Part shown: positions 36,827 through 49,366 of the stretch, piece by piece | How positions within the stretch are numbered: the first letter of the stretch is position 1 | Layout: each line of letters opens with the position of its first letter | Assembly: GCA_965228875.1 (NCBI GenBank) | Contig: OZ245843.1 | Location: forward strand, 4,818,616 to 4,882,615 | DNA: 64,000 nt | Direction: 5' to 3' | From: Thalassobaculaceae bacterium | Lineage (GTDB): Bacteria; Pseudomonadota; Alphaproteobacteria; Thalassobaculales; Thalassobaculaceae | The notes under the pieces: model-generated | Database searches by the model: none | The model's input: only the letters and a program-made list of their open reading frames with translations | Told to the model about the DNA's origin: nothing | Translations under genes and position numbers: made by a program

Positions 36827-37489
36827 TCAGATCTTCGCGAACTTGGCCAGCGCTTCGCGGAAGGTGAGGCCGCCGTCCATCTCCCGCATGGCCTTGGCGT
36901 CGTCGGCGGCGAAACGCCGGGTCATCTCCAGGATCTCCGCCGCGCGCTCGATCGGAACGACGCAGATGCCGGAGCCGTCGGCGACGATCAGGTCACCGGG
37001 CCGGATCAGGACGCCCTCGATGGTGATCGGCTCGCCGATGGCTTCGACCTTCAGGCGGGTCTTGCCGGGAGTGGGGACCATGTGGCGCGCGAAGATCGGG
37101 AAGCGAAACTCCTGCTGCTCCTCCCAGTCGCGCACGCCGCCCTCGACCAGCAGGCCTTCGATCTTCTGGATCTTGGCCGCGTAGCTCGCCATGCCGCCCC
37201 AGGTCGAAACCGGGTTGCCGCCGTTGTCGACCACGATCACGTCACCGGGGCCAGCCGCCTCGATCATGTGCCCGACCTTGAAGTCCTCCACGGGGAAGGC
37301 GCCCTTGGCCCCGGTCTGCTGGCGTACGGTCACGGCCGGGCCCACGGCCTTCGTGCCGGGCACGACGGCACGCAGACCCGTGATGACGCCGGTAAGCTCC
37401 AGGTCGTCCAGCGCATTGGCGATGGTCGGTGTGGCGATGTCACGGAAACCCGCGACGAGGTCGGGGACGGAGAGGGTGTGCTCGGTCAT
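36827..37489 (-). CDS. RraA family / HMG aldolase-like protein
   Basis: TPTIANALD, GPAVTV, GDVIVVD, WGGM, GGVRD, IRPGDLIVADGSG. Confidence 0.9.
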   Translation of the reverse strand: MTEHTLSVPDLVAGFRDIATPTIANALDDLELTGVITGLRAVVPGTKAVGPAVTVRQQTGAKGAFPVEDFKVGHMIEAAGPGDVIVVDNGGNPVSTWGGMASYAAKIQKIEGLLVEGGVRDWEEQQEFRFPIFARHMVPTPGKTRLKVEAIGEPITIEGVLIRPGDLIVADGSGICVVPIERAAEILEMTRRFAADDAKAMREMDGGLTFREALAKFAKI

Positions 37490-38124
37490 TCTTCGGATCC
37501 AGGCAGCGGAAAGGCGTCGAAGTACAGCACGCCGATGGTCATGTCCGCCGTGCGGCCATCGGTCGCGAGCGGACAGTGTACGCTGTCGAAACTCCGCCAG
37601 GAGTCGTCCACGGGCCACTGCACCCAACCGCACCTGAAGATCGGGCGGCGCTGGACCACCGGATTGCGGAAGGTCGAGATCATCGACTCGCGCGACTCGC
37701 CGAAACTGCACTCGGTGATCCATTTGCCGGTATAGTCGCGGTCGCGGAACGCGGTGATCTCGGTGCCGATCATCCGGTAGCGGAAATCCGTAGCGTCCGG
37801 GCCGACATCCATGATCAGCACGTGGCCGAACCAGGGTTTCAGCGCCTCGACCGGGAAATCCTCACGGGCCGGAAGACAGGCCCCCTGGCGTTTCTCGTCC
37901 CACAGGGCGGCGAAGTCCGCCACTCCTTGGTGCCGCGGCCTCTCCTGGACCTCGAGACTGTCATAAGTTGCATCGTCGGCGCGACGGTCGAGGTCCGGCG
38001 GTACCGGCTTGTCGCTGTTGACGGAAGCGGTGATCCAAGCGGTCGACAGCGAGGGCAACCCGACGAGCTGCCGTGTCGTCGCCAGACCCAGATCCGTCAG
38101 GGAATCCTCATCTTTCCGCGTCAC
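37486..38124 (-). CDS. stand-alone PAS-domain protein (PAS_5/DUF1457-like)
   Basis: W...R....LPAREDF....LKPW, FRYRMIGTEI....RDYTG, CPLA.DG; start uncertain (GTG 38124 chosen). Confidence 0.75.
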   Translation of the reverse strand: MTRKDEDSLTDLGLATTRQLVGLPSLSTAWITASVNSDKPVPPDLDRRADDATYDSLEVQERPRHQGVADFAALWDEKRQGACLPAREDFPVEALKPWFGHVLIMDVGPDATDFRYRMIGTEITAFRDRDYTGKWITECSFGESRESMISTFRNPVVQRRPIFRCGWVQWPVDDSWRSFDSVHCPLATDGRTADMTIGVLYFDAFPLPGSEE

Positions 38125-38202
38125 CCCCGCCACCACGATCCGTGAACAAAGCCCGATATCAATCGTGCGGGTGCCGTCAGTCAAGGGCGTTTGAACGGAA
38201 CG

Positions 38203-40569
38203 CTACGCCGCGCGGATTCGTTGAATGAACCTGTCGACCTCCCCCTTGAGGCTCTGGACCTCGGTTTCCAGCAGATTGCAGGTGTTGAGCACCTCCCCCG
38301 CGCTGCGTCCGGTCTCGCGGGAGGCTTCGCTGACCTCGACAATTTCCTCCGAGACCTGAGAGGTGCCCGTCGCGGCCTCGTGGGAATTGCCCGCGATGTC
38401 CGACGTCGTCGCCGCCTGTTGCTCGACCGCCGCCGCGATCGCGGCGTTCATTTCGTCCAGTTCCGAGACGGCGCGCGCGATGGTGTCGATGGCGCCCACC
38501 GCTTCGCTGCTGGCTTCCTGCATCTGCTCGATCTGCTGGCGGATCTCGTCCGTCGCCTTGGCGGTCTGGTTGGCCAGGCTCTTGACCTCCGACGCGACCA
38601 CGGCGAAGCCCTTGCCGGCATCTCCCGCCCGGGCGGCCTCGATGGTTGCGTTGAGGGCCAACAGATTGGTTTGTTCGGCGATGTCCTGAATCAACTGGAT
38701 CACATCCCCGATGCGTTGCGATGTCTCGGCGAGGACGGTGACCCGTTCGTTGCCGATGCCGGCCTGCTCGCTCGCGCCGCGTGCCATGTCGGCTGCCCGG
38801 GACACCTGACCGCCGATCTCCTGGGAGGCGGCCGCGAGTTCCTCGGCGGCCTCGGAAACCGCCTTCACATTGGCGTTCGACTGTTCCGACGAGGACGCCA
38901 CCGCATCGGCGCGGACCAGGGAGTCGGTCGACGCCGTGGCCATGGTCTCCGCCCGAGCGCGCACGTCCGCGACCTGCGCCGTCAGACCGGCGACCACCTT
39001 GCCGACAGAGTCCTCGAAACTGGCCGCGAGCTCGTCGAGGGCCCGGCGTTTCTCGGCCTCCGCGCGGGCGTCGGCCTCGCCCTGTTCCTGTTCCAGCTTG
39101 CGGACGCGCTGCGCATTCTCCTTGAACACCTGGACGCAGCGGGCGATGTCGGCGATCTCGTCCTTTCGGCTGACCCCTGGAATGTCGGTCCCGAGATCGT
39201 TGTCGGCGAGCCGTTCCATGGCGCCGGTGATTGCCCGCAGCGGGTTCACGATTCCACGGCCCAGGAGCAGCGCGAGCAACACGGCCAGGAAGGCGGCCCC
39301 GGCGGTTCCCGCGAGGATCAAGAAGTTCGCCAGTTCCCGGTCACGGGTCCGCGACGCGTCCGACGTCGCAACGCTGGCCTGGACCTCTTCGGCGACGGCG
39401 GTCGCGGAGACGGCCATTTCCTCCGCCGCTTTGGTGCGGAGGGCGAGAGCCGCGAGCAGGTCGTCGAACTGCCTCCGCTGGGCCGCGAGCTTGGTCGCGA
39501 AGGCGTCGATCGCCGCCGTGTCGGACAGTTGCTCGCGCAGGCTGGCGACTGCGCTCTCCACGACGCCGAAGGCTGCGGTCTGCGCCAGGACAGCCTCACC
39601 CTGGCCGCCCTCGGCCACCACCTGCATGGTGTTGCTTTCCAGGTTCTTGACCGCCGTCACCAGGTCGGCGGCGGCTGTGGCTATGTCGGCGGCGGTCTCC
39701 GCTTGACCCGCGGCTGCGGACGCCTTGTCGCTCGCTGTTTCGTAGGCCTTCTTCTCCTTGCGGGCGATGGCTCCGGCGAAAGCGTTGATTTTCTTGGAGA
39801 CCGCCGACAGCGATTGGACGGCATCGGTCTCGTTCTGCCTGGCGGCCACGGCCTTGGCCATCGTCTCGAAGGTCTTGCGATAGTCGCCGACCGATTTGGC
39901 GAGGGTTGCGACAGCCTTCTCCTCCTTTGTCCCCTTGGTCAGCTTCTTCAGTTTCAGCGCCGAGAGGTACATGTCCTTGATCGCGTCGCGCGCGCCATCG
40001 GCATCGGCCTTGTCGCGGGAGCGCAGGTACATGGCCTCGTCGCGCCGCGCCCGTAGGGTGGCGAGGATCAACGTCCGCGTCAGTTCCTCGACCTCGAGTT
40101 TGGCCTCCTGCTCCGCCAGGGCCGCGTCGCGCTCGGCGCTGAGACTCCGACGGCGTTCTTCCTGTTCCACCCGGATCGTGCTGGCGATGTGTTCCAGTTC
40201 GGCGCTGCTCGCGTGCATCTCCGCGATGAGACGGCCGGCATTGTCCCGGGCCGCCGTCAGCGTGCCGAACTGGGTCTGGTATTCGGAGATCGATGCCGCG
40301 GCGGCGTCCTCGCCCAATGTTCGAGCCAGGGTGGTCGCGTCGTCGAGGCGGGCGGCGACCCGGTCCTGCGCTTCGGCCGTTCCCGACAGCTCGTAGTCTC
40401 CGGCTGCGATCTGCGCCGCGCGGACGTGACGCTCGATCTCCGCAACCCGGTCGGCCTGGTCGACCTGACTGGAGTAGCGGTCGAGCGCCACCCATCCGGT
40501 GGCCCCGAGCACGAGCGTCAGGGCGACGACCCCGGCGAAGCCCGATCCAATCCGCAGCCCTATCCGCAT
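38203..40569 (-). CDS. methyl-accepting chemotaxis protein with very large periplasmic domain
   Basis: Two TM helices, HAMP domain, [34 protein letters not shown] signalling hairpin. Confidence 0.95.
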   Translation of the reverse strand: MRIGLRIGSGFAGVVALTLVLGATGWVALDRYSSQVDQADRVAEIERHVRAAQIAAGDYELSGTAEAQDRVAARLDDATTLARTLGEDAAAASISEYQTQFGTLTAARDNAGRLIAEMHASSAELEHIASTIRVEQEERRRSLSAERDAALAEQEAKLEVEELTRTLILATLRARRDEAMYLRSRDKADADGARDAIKDMYLSALKLKKLTKGTKEEKAVATLAKSVGDYRKTFETMAKAVAARQNETDAVQSLSAVSKKINAFAGAIARKEKKAYETASDKASAAAGQAETAADIATAAADLVTAVKNLESNTMQVVAEGGQGEAVLAQTAAFGVVESAVASLREQLSDTAAIDAFATKLAAQRRQFDDLLAALALRTKAAEEMAVSATAVAEEVQASVATSDASRTRDRELANFLILAGTAGAAFLAVLLALLLGRGIVNPLRAITGAMERLADNDLGTDIPGVSRKDEIADIARCVQVFKENAQRVRKLEQEQGEADARAEAEKRRALDELAASFEDSVGKVVAGLTAQVADVRARAETMATASTDSLVRADAVASSSEQSNANVKAVSEAAEELAAASQEIGGQVSRAADMARGASEQAGIGNERVTVLAETSQRIGDVIQLIQDIAEQTNLLALNATIEAARAGDAGKGFAVVASEVKSLANQTAKATDEIRQQIEQMQEASSEAVGAIDTIARAVSELDEMNAAIAAAVEQQAATTSDIAGNSHEAATGTSQVSEEIVEVSEASRETGRSAGEVLNTCNLLETEVQSLKGEVDRFIQRIRAA

Positions 40570-40818
40570 CGCTTCCTCCCGTTTTCTTATGCCGTTGAAG
40601 GAAACCATAGGAACAACACATTAATAACAAGTTTATCTAAATGTCCCCTTCTCATTGAGTAAAATTCTGACTGTTAAACTTAAAATTGACTAACAAAATT
40701 GCGAGAAAATGGATTCAACGTAACGATTGATTAATCTCTATCGCCGAGTGTCGAGGGTGTGAACGGGTAATGGACGAGCCACCTAGAGCCGTCGAAGGAT
40801 GAGGGAAGAGGAAACAAG
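40570..40818. promoter_or_regulatory. AT-rich divergent promoter region with CtrA-like boxes
   Basis: Visibly the most AT-rich stretch of the window; TTAA-N7-TTTA at 40621-40635 and, on the minus strand, TTAA-N7-TTAC at 40720-40734; GANTC at 40712. Confidence 0.55.
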
Positions 40819-41406
40819 ATGACTGGAAAATACCTGAAAGGATTCGCTCTCTCGGTTGCGGCGCTCGGTTTCTCGGTTGGCGCTGCGGCGGCCAATGACT
40901 TCGCGCCCCAGATCACCGACGTGCTGAACAATCAGATCAAACCCTGGCTGAGCGATCCGGTGGTTGTCGACGCGATCAAGGCGCAGAACGCGGAGACGTC
41001 GGGTCTTTCCGACAGCGCCATCGACGCGCTCGACAAGCAGTGGCGCGCCGAGGCGGACGCCGGTGGGGGACCGCTGATCGACGAGGTGCTCGCCAACAGC
41101 CTGTCGACCTTCCTCAAGGCGAAGAAGGCGGAGGCCAACGGCCTGTTCTCGGAAGTCTTCATCATGGACGCCAAGGGCCTGAACGTCGGCCAGAGCGACG
41201 TCACCTCCGACTACATGCAGGGCGACGAGGGCAAGTGGCAGAAGACCTATCCGGTCGGCCCGGACGCTGTGTTCATCGACGAGGTCGAGTTCGACGATTC
41301 CAGTCAGCAGTTCCAGAGCCAGGCCAACGCGACGATCGTCGACCCGGCTTCCGGGCAGCCGATCGGCGCCATTACCGTCGGCATCAACGTCGAGAATCTG
41401 GAGTAG
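40819..41406 (+). CDS. secreted/periplasmic stand-alone PDC/Cache-like sensor-domain protein
   Basis: Sec signal ending AAA-N; EVFIMDAKGLNVGQS..TSDYMQGDEGKWQKT, FIDEVEFDDS, IGAITVGI; no TM anchor or output domain. Confidence 0.75.
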   Translation: MTGKYLKGFALSVAALGFSVGAAAANDFAPQITDVLNNQIKPWLSDPVVVDAIKAQNAETSGLSDSAIDALDKQWRAEADAGGGPLIDEVLANSLSTFLKAKKAEANGLFSEVFIMDAKGLNVGQSDVTSDYMQGDEGKWQKTYPVGPDAVFIDEVEFDDSSQQFQSQANATIVDPASGQPIGAITVGINVENLE

Positions 41407-41467
41407 CTGCGCGCATACCTGCACGAACGGGGACGGTCCCGTCCGCGTTCTCTCCCGGGTGCTCCCT

Positions 41468-41498
41468 CGGGCCGGTCCCCCGACCGGCCCGCTTTTTT
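41468..41498 (+). terminator. rho-independent terminator
   Basis: CGGGCCGGTC-CCCC-GACCGGCCCG followed by CTTTTTT. Confidence 0.8.
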
Positions 41499-41558
41499 GC
41501 CCGCCGTCCGTTGCAGCGCGCGCGGCCACGGGAACCCCCGGTTTTTTTGTTCGGGTGA

Positions 41559-42854
<1,296 letters not shown>

Positions 42855-42879
42855 GGCGCGCCGCTCCGGATATCGTCTT

Positions 42880-42946
42880 CTGACGGCAGTCGGGGTCGAC
42901 AGCCGGACGCCGCACGGCGCCCGCTGTCGGCCCCGATATGCGTCAG
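42880..42946. other. long imperfect intergenic hairpin (terminator or REP-like)
   Basis: CTGACG..TCGGGGTCGACAGC..GCTGTCGGCCCCGA..CGTCAG nested inverted repeat. Confidence 0.5.
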
Positions 42947-43084
42947 CACCATGAATGAGCGATCGGGGCTTCTCCCCACCTTGACCGCCCGCGCCGACCC
43001 GGCGCACCCTTCCGCTCGCCGGCAGCCGAGAACAATCCCGCCAAGAACCGCCGGCGCCTATCGCTCGACCGGAGGAAATGCGCG

Positions 43085-44821
<1,737 letters not shown>

Positions 44822-44972
44822 GGCCTCGACCGGCGGTTCCCGCGCGGTTTAGCCCCATCGCACTCCCCGGCCTTGGGCCGGGGAGACGGTCGGCGGTTAT
44901 GGGACATTGTCAGCCGACCCGCCCGGTTCCGGGGCTGGACCCCCTGCCTGCCGCACTCGAAGAAGGGCCTAC

Positions 44973-46235
44973 ATGAGCGCCATCCCACGCCCGGTCCCCA
45001 CCGCCACCCTGCTGGGAATCGGCTGGTTCCTGTGCGCCGTGTTCTTCTTCTACGCCTTCGTCCAGCGGGTCGCGCCGTCGGTCATGGTCGACGAGCTGAT
45101 GCGGGATTTCGCCGTCGGCGGCGCCATTCTCGGCAACCTCTCGGCCTTCTACTACTACGCCTATGCCGGCTCGCAGATTCCGGTCGGCGTGCTGCTCGAC
45201 CGTTTCGGACCCCGCCGCCTGATCACCGTGGCGGTCGCCTTCGTGGCTGTCGGCAGCTTCGTCTTCGCCGAGGCGGACACGCTGTGGGCCGCCTATCTCG
45301 GCCGCATGATGATCGGCTTCGGCTGCGCCTTCAGCTTCGCCGGCGCGCTGAACTACGCCGCGATCTGGATGCCGCCGCACCGCTTCGCCACACTCGGCGG
45401 CTGGGCGCAGATGCTGGGCGTGCTCGGCGGCATCACCGGCCAGGCCCCGCTGGGGGCGGCGGTCGAGGCGTTCGGCTGGCGGCCCATGGTGCTGGTGGTC
45501 GCCGGTTTCGGCGCGGTGCTGGCCATCGCCTGCGGCCTGATCCTGCGCGACCGCCCGCGCACGACGGGGACCGGCGACCGGCCGCGGCTGCTGGCCGGGC
45601 TGAAACGGGCGGCGTCCAGCGGTCAGGTCTGGCTGGCCTCCCTGTTCGGCATGGCGATGACCAGCGCCATGCTGGCCTTCGGCGGCCTCTGGGGGGTGCC
45701 TTACGTGATGCAGGCCTACGGTCATCCCAAGGCCGAGGCGGCGGCCCTGGTCAGCGTGCTGTTCGTCGGCTGGGGCGTCGGCGCGCCGCTGTTCGGCTGG
45801 CTGGCCGACCGCTACAACCGGCGCAAGCGCTTCATGATCCTCGGCGCGCTGCTGTCCACCGTTGGGATCACCGCCGCGGTCTACCTGCCGCATACCGGCG
45901 CGACGACGCTGGCCGCGACGCTGGTCGTCCAGGGACTCGGCGCCTCGTCCATGGTGCTCTGCTTCGCCGTCGGCCGCGAGAACGCGCCGATGTGGGCGGC
46001 GGGGGCGACGGTCGGCATCATCAACGGATTCGTCGTCGGGTCCGGCGCGGTGCTGCAGCCGCTGCTCGGCTGGCTGCTGGATCTGGCGTGGGACGGGACG
46101 ATGGCCGACGGGGCCCGGGTCTATACCGCGGCGGCCTACGAGAGCGCGTTCCTCGTTCTGCCGGTGATCGGTCTCTTCGGCCTCTTCATCGCCCTGATCG
46201 TGCGCGAGACGTACGGCAGGGGCGTCGAACAGTAG
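44973..46235 (+). CDS. MFS transporter
   Basis: GVLLDRFGPRR motif A, about 12 TM segments. Confidence 0.92.
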   Translation: MSAIPRPVPTATLLGIGWFLCAVFFFYAFVQRVAPSVMVDELMRDFAVGGAILGNLSAFYYYAYAGSQIPVGVLLDRFGPRRLITVAVAFVAVGSFVFAEADTLWAAYLGRMMIGFGCAFSFAGALNYAAIWMPPHRFATLGGWAQMLGVLGGITGQAPLGAAVEAFGWRPMVLVVAGFGAVLAIACGLILRDRPRTTGTGDRPRLLAGLKRAASSGQVWLASLFGMAMTSAMLAFGGLWGVPYVMQAYGHPKAEAAALVSVLFVGWGVGAPLFGWLADRYNRRKRFMILGALLSTVGITAAVYLPHTGATTLAATLVVQGLGASSMVLCFAVGRENAPMWAAGATVGIINGFVVGSGAVLQPLLGWLLDLAWDGTMADGARVYTAAAYESAFLVLPVIGLFGLFIALIVRETYGRGVEQ

Positions 46236-46268
46236 ACCCTCTCCCCGCAACCGACGGAGCGCAGTGCG

Positions 46269-46907
46269 ATGGACGAGATCGGACCGTATCTTCCCGGAAT
46301 TCTGACCGCCTATACCGTCTTCATGATCGGCATCTTCAGCCCGGGGCCGAACATCCTCGCGGTGATCGGCACCTCCATGGCGGTCGGTCGGCGGCCCGGT
46401 CTGGCCCTGGCGATGGGGGTGGCCAGCGGCTCGCTGTGCTGGGGTGTCATGGCCTGGCTCGGCCTGACGGCGGTCCTGACCGCATACGCGACGCTGATGA
46501 CCGCGATCAAGGTGATCGGGGCCGCCTATCTACTCTGGCTGGCAATGAAGGCCTTCCGTTCGGCGGCGACGCCGGGACAGTCGCCGCTGTCATCGGTCTC
46601 GGTGACCGGAGGAGCCATCGCCTACTATCGGCGAGGTCTCCTCGTCCAGATGACCAACCCGAAGGCGGCGCTGAGCTGGGTCGCGGTGATCGCGCTGGGA
46701 CTGTCGCCGGAAGCGCCGTGGTGGGTCGGCGGGATCATCGTCGGCGGGACGGCGGTTCTCTCCTTTGTCGGACATTCCGCCTATGCGCTGCTGTTCTCGA
46801 CCGCGCCGATGGTCGCGGCCTACCGCCGGACCCGCCGGTGGATCGAGTTCGCCCTGGGAGCGTTCTTCTGCTTCGCCAGCTACAAGTTGCTGACCGCCCG
46901 TACATAG
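46269..46907 (+). CDS. LysE/RhtB family translocator
   Basis: SPGPN, GAAYLLWLA, TNPKA. Confidence 0.93.
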   Translation: MDEIGPYLPGILTAYTVFMIGIFSPGPNILAVIGTSMAVGRRPGLALAMGVASGSLCWGVMAWLGLTAVLTAYATLMTAIKVIGAAYLLWLAMKAFRSAATPGQSPLSSVSVTGGAIAYYRRGLLVQMTNPKAALSWVAVIALGLSPEAPWWVGGIIVGGTAVLSFVGHSAYALLFSTAPMVAAYRRTRRWIEFALGAFFCFASYKLLTART

Positions 46908-46912
46908 CTCGG

Positions 46913-47599
46913 TCAGAGCAGCCCCTCGGCCCGGAAGCTGGTGTGGCCCTGGCGTGCCACGATGAGGTGGTCGTGCAGCACGAGGCCGAGGGCGGTGGCC
47001 GCTTCCTGAAGCTGGCGGGTGGTGGCGATATCGGCTCGCGAGGGTGTCGGGTCGCCGCTGGGGTGATTGTGGACGACGATCAGCGCCGAGGCGCCGAGTT
47101 CCAACGCGCGTTTCACCACCTCGCGCGGATAGAGCGGGGTGTGATCGACGGTGCCCCGCGCGACCTGTTCGTCGCGCATCAGCCGGTTCTTGCGGTCGAG
47201 GTACAGAACCCGCACGGCCTCCACCGGTTCATGGGCCAGGGCGACGTGGCAGTAGTCGAGGAGCTGGCGCCAGCTCGAGAGCACCGGACGCTCGATCAGC
47301 GCGGTGCCGAGCAGCCGGTCGGCCGCCGCCTTGGCGGTCTTCAGGGCGGCGATCGAGGCCTCGCCCATGCCGTCCACCCTGGCAAGGTCGCCCGGCGCCG
47401 CGCTGATCGCGCCGGCGAAGGAGCCGAAACGGGCGATCAGCGCCTTGGCCAGCGGTTTCACGTCGCCACGCGGCCTGGCCAGGAACAGCAGCAGTTCGAG
47501 AAGCTCGTAGTCGGCCAGCGCCTCGGCCCCGGCCGTCAGGAAGCGCTGGCGAAGCCGCTGTCGGTGGCCGTCGTTGCCGGTGGGCCTGTCGTCGCGCAT
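46913..47599 (-). CDS. radC: RadC (JAB domain) protein
   Basis: GHRQRLR, YELLELLL, YPREVV, HNHPSGDPTPS.AD, LHDHLIV. Confidence 0.95.
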   Translation of the reverse strand: MRDDRPTGNDGHRQRLRQRFLTAGAEALADYELLELLLFLARPRGDVKPLAKALIARFGSFAGAISAAPGDLARVDGMGEASIAALKTAKAAADRLLGTALIERPVLSSWRQLLDYCHVALAHEPVEAVRVLYLDRKNRLMRDEQVARGTVDHTPLYPREVVKRALELGASALIVVHNHPSGDPTPSRADIATTRQLQEAATALGLVLHDHLIVARQGHTSFRAEGLL

Positions 47600-47707
47600 G
47601 CGTCCCCCGCATCCAGGTCGATGCGGGCGCTATGGAAGGCGCAGAGGCGCAAATGGCGTCGTTACGTCTTGGTCCCGGCGGGAGGGTCGGCCGCGAAGGA
47701 CCGGCGC

Positions 47708-48511
47708 TCAGAGATAGGGCGGCTTGGTGAAGCCCTTCGGCGAGAGCGTGAAGATCTCGTATCCGGTCTCGGTGACGCCGATCGAGTGCTCGAACTGGGC
47801 CGAGAGCGAGCGGTCGCGGGTTACCGCGGTCCAGCCGTCGTCGAGGATCTTCACCGCGTACTTGCCGGCGTTGATCATCGGCTCGACGGTGAAGAACATG
47901 CCCGGCTCCAGCATCGGGCCATCGTCGGGATGGCCGTAGTGCAGCACGCTCGGCGGCGCGTGGAAGGTCCGGCCCAGGCCGTGGCCGCAGAAATCGCGGA
48001 CCACGGAGAACCGCTGACCCTCCGCGAATGCCTGGATTCGCGCGCCGATGGCGCCGAGATGCACGCCGGGGCGGATCACCTCGATGCCGAGCATCATGGC
48101 GTCGTAGGTCACCTCGACCAGGCGTTTGGCCTTCACCGGAATCTTGTCGCCGACCAGGTACATGCGGCTGGAATCGCCGTGCCAGCCGTCGAGCACGACG
48201 GTCACGTCGATATTGACGATCTCGCCCTCGACCAGTTTGCGGTCGCCTGGAATGCCGTGGCAGACGACATGGTTGATCGAGGTGCAGATCGACTTGGGAA
48301 AGCCCTTGTAGCCGAGCGGCGCCGGGGTGGCGCCGTTGGCGATCGTCATGTCGTGGCACAGGGTGTCCAGCGCGTCGGTCGTCACGCCGGGCACCACATG
48401 GTCGGTGATCATGTCGAGGATCTCGGCCGCCAGGCGCCCCGCCTTGCGCATCCCCTCGAAATCCTCCGGCCCGTGGCGCACGATCTGGCGCGCTTCGGCG
48501 AGCTGCTGCAT
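47708..48511 (-). CDS. map: methionine aminopeptidase type I
   Basis: CTSINHVVCHGIP, NIDVT, HGDSSR, FCGHG, FTVEPMIN, SAQFEH. Confidence 0.97.
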   Translation of the reverse strand: MQQLAEARQIVRHGPEDFEGMRKAGRLAAEILDMITDHVVPGVTTDALDTLCHDMTIANGATPAPLGYKGFPKSICTSINHVVCHGIPGDRKLVEGEIVNIDVTVVLDGWHGDSSRMYLVGDKIPVKAKRLVEVTYDAMMLGIEVIRPGVHLGAIGARIQAFAEGQRFSVVRDFCGHGLGRTFHAPPSVLHYGHPDDGPMLEPGMFFTVEPMINAGKYAVKILDDGWTAVTRDRSLSAQFEHSIGVTETGYEIFTLSPKGFTKPPYL

Positions 48512-48581
48512 CACTCTTGTCCTTGCTCCGTAACGTGTCCGCAATCTGAGGGGACGGGCGCGGAAGGTCAAGGTTTGGGGG

Positions 48582-49292
48582 TCACCCCACCACCTCCACC
48601 GCCCGCCTGAGCGCGATCCGCTCCAGGGTGACCTCGCATTCCCAGGCCAGCGCCTCGACCCCCGCTGCCATCGCCCGGTCGAAGGCGGCGCCGTATTTCG
48701 GGTCGATGTCGCGGGCGAGCGCCAGGCGGTCGCCGTCCATGCGCTGGATGCAGAACAGCATCACCGCGCGGTGTCCCTCGGCCACCATCGCCGCCAGCTC
48801 GTCCAGGTGTTTGGCGCCGCGCGCCGTGACGCTGTCGGGGAACTCGTGGGCGCCGGGGTTGGGGCCGTCCGGGCGGACCAGGTGGACGTTCTTGACCTCG
48901 ACATAGCAGGGCGGCCGGTCCGGGCTCTCCAGCAGCATGTCGATGCGGCTGTTCTGCCCGTACTTCACCTCGCGCCGCAGGCTGTCGTAGCCGGTCAGCT
49001 CCGGGATCGTGCCGGCGGCGATCGCCTCGGCGACGATGGCGTTGGGTCGGCTGGTATGGATGCCGACCAGCCCGCCCGCCGTCTCCACCAGCTCCAGGGT
49101 GTAGGGCAGCTTGCGCTTTGGGTCGGGCGAGCGGGACAGCCAGACCCGCAGGCCGGGATCCTTCAGCCCGGTCATCGCACCGGGGTTCGGACAATGGGCC
49201 GTCACCACCTCGCCGCCGAAATCGACATCGGCGAGGAAGCGCATGTAGCGCTTGATCAGGCGGCCTTCGTGCAGGGGAGCGGGCAGGTCCAT
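48582..49292 (-). CDS. sfsA: DNA/RNA nuclease SfsA
   Basis: RYMRFLAD, HCPNPGAM, SRIDMLL, YVEVKNV, FPDSVTARG.KHL. Confidence 0.95.
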   Translation of the reverse strand: MDLPAPLHEGRLIKRYMRFLADVDFGGEVVTAHCPNPGAMTGLKDPGLRVWLSRSPDPKRKLPYTLELVETAGGLVGIHTSRPNAIVAEAIAAGTIPELTGYDSLRREVKYGQNSRIDMLLESPDRPPCYVEVKNVHLVRPDGPNPGAHEFPDSVTARGAKHLDELAAMVAEGHRAVMLFCIQRMDGDRLALARDIDPKYGAAFDRAMAAGVEALAWECEVTLERIALRRAVEVVG

Positions 49293-49366
49293 GGATCTTT
49301 CCTAGCCGGGGCGGTGGGCGATGTCATCCCTTCCGCCGGGCGGTGGTTCATGGTTAGTGAAGGACC

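Noticed and set aside
46913..47599. RadC/JAB domain as a sign of a mobile or defence element
   Set aside because: Full-length chromosomal radC in the usual sfsA-map-radC context, with no E1/E2, CBASS or mobile genes nearby
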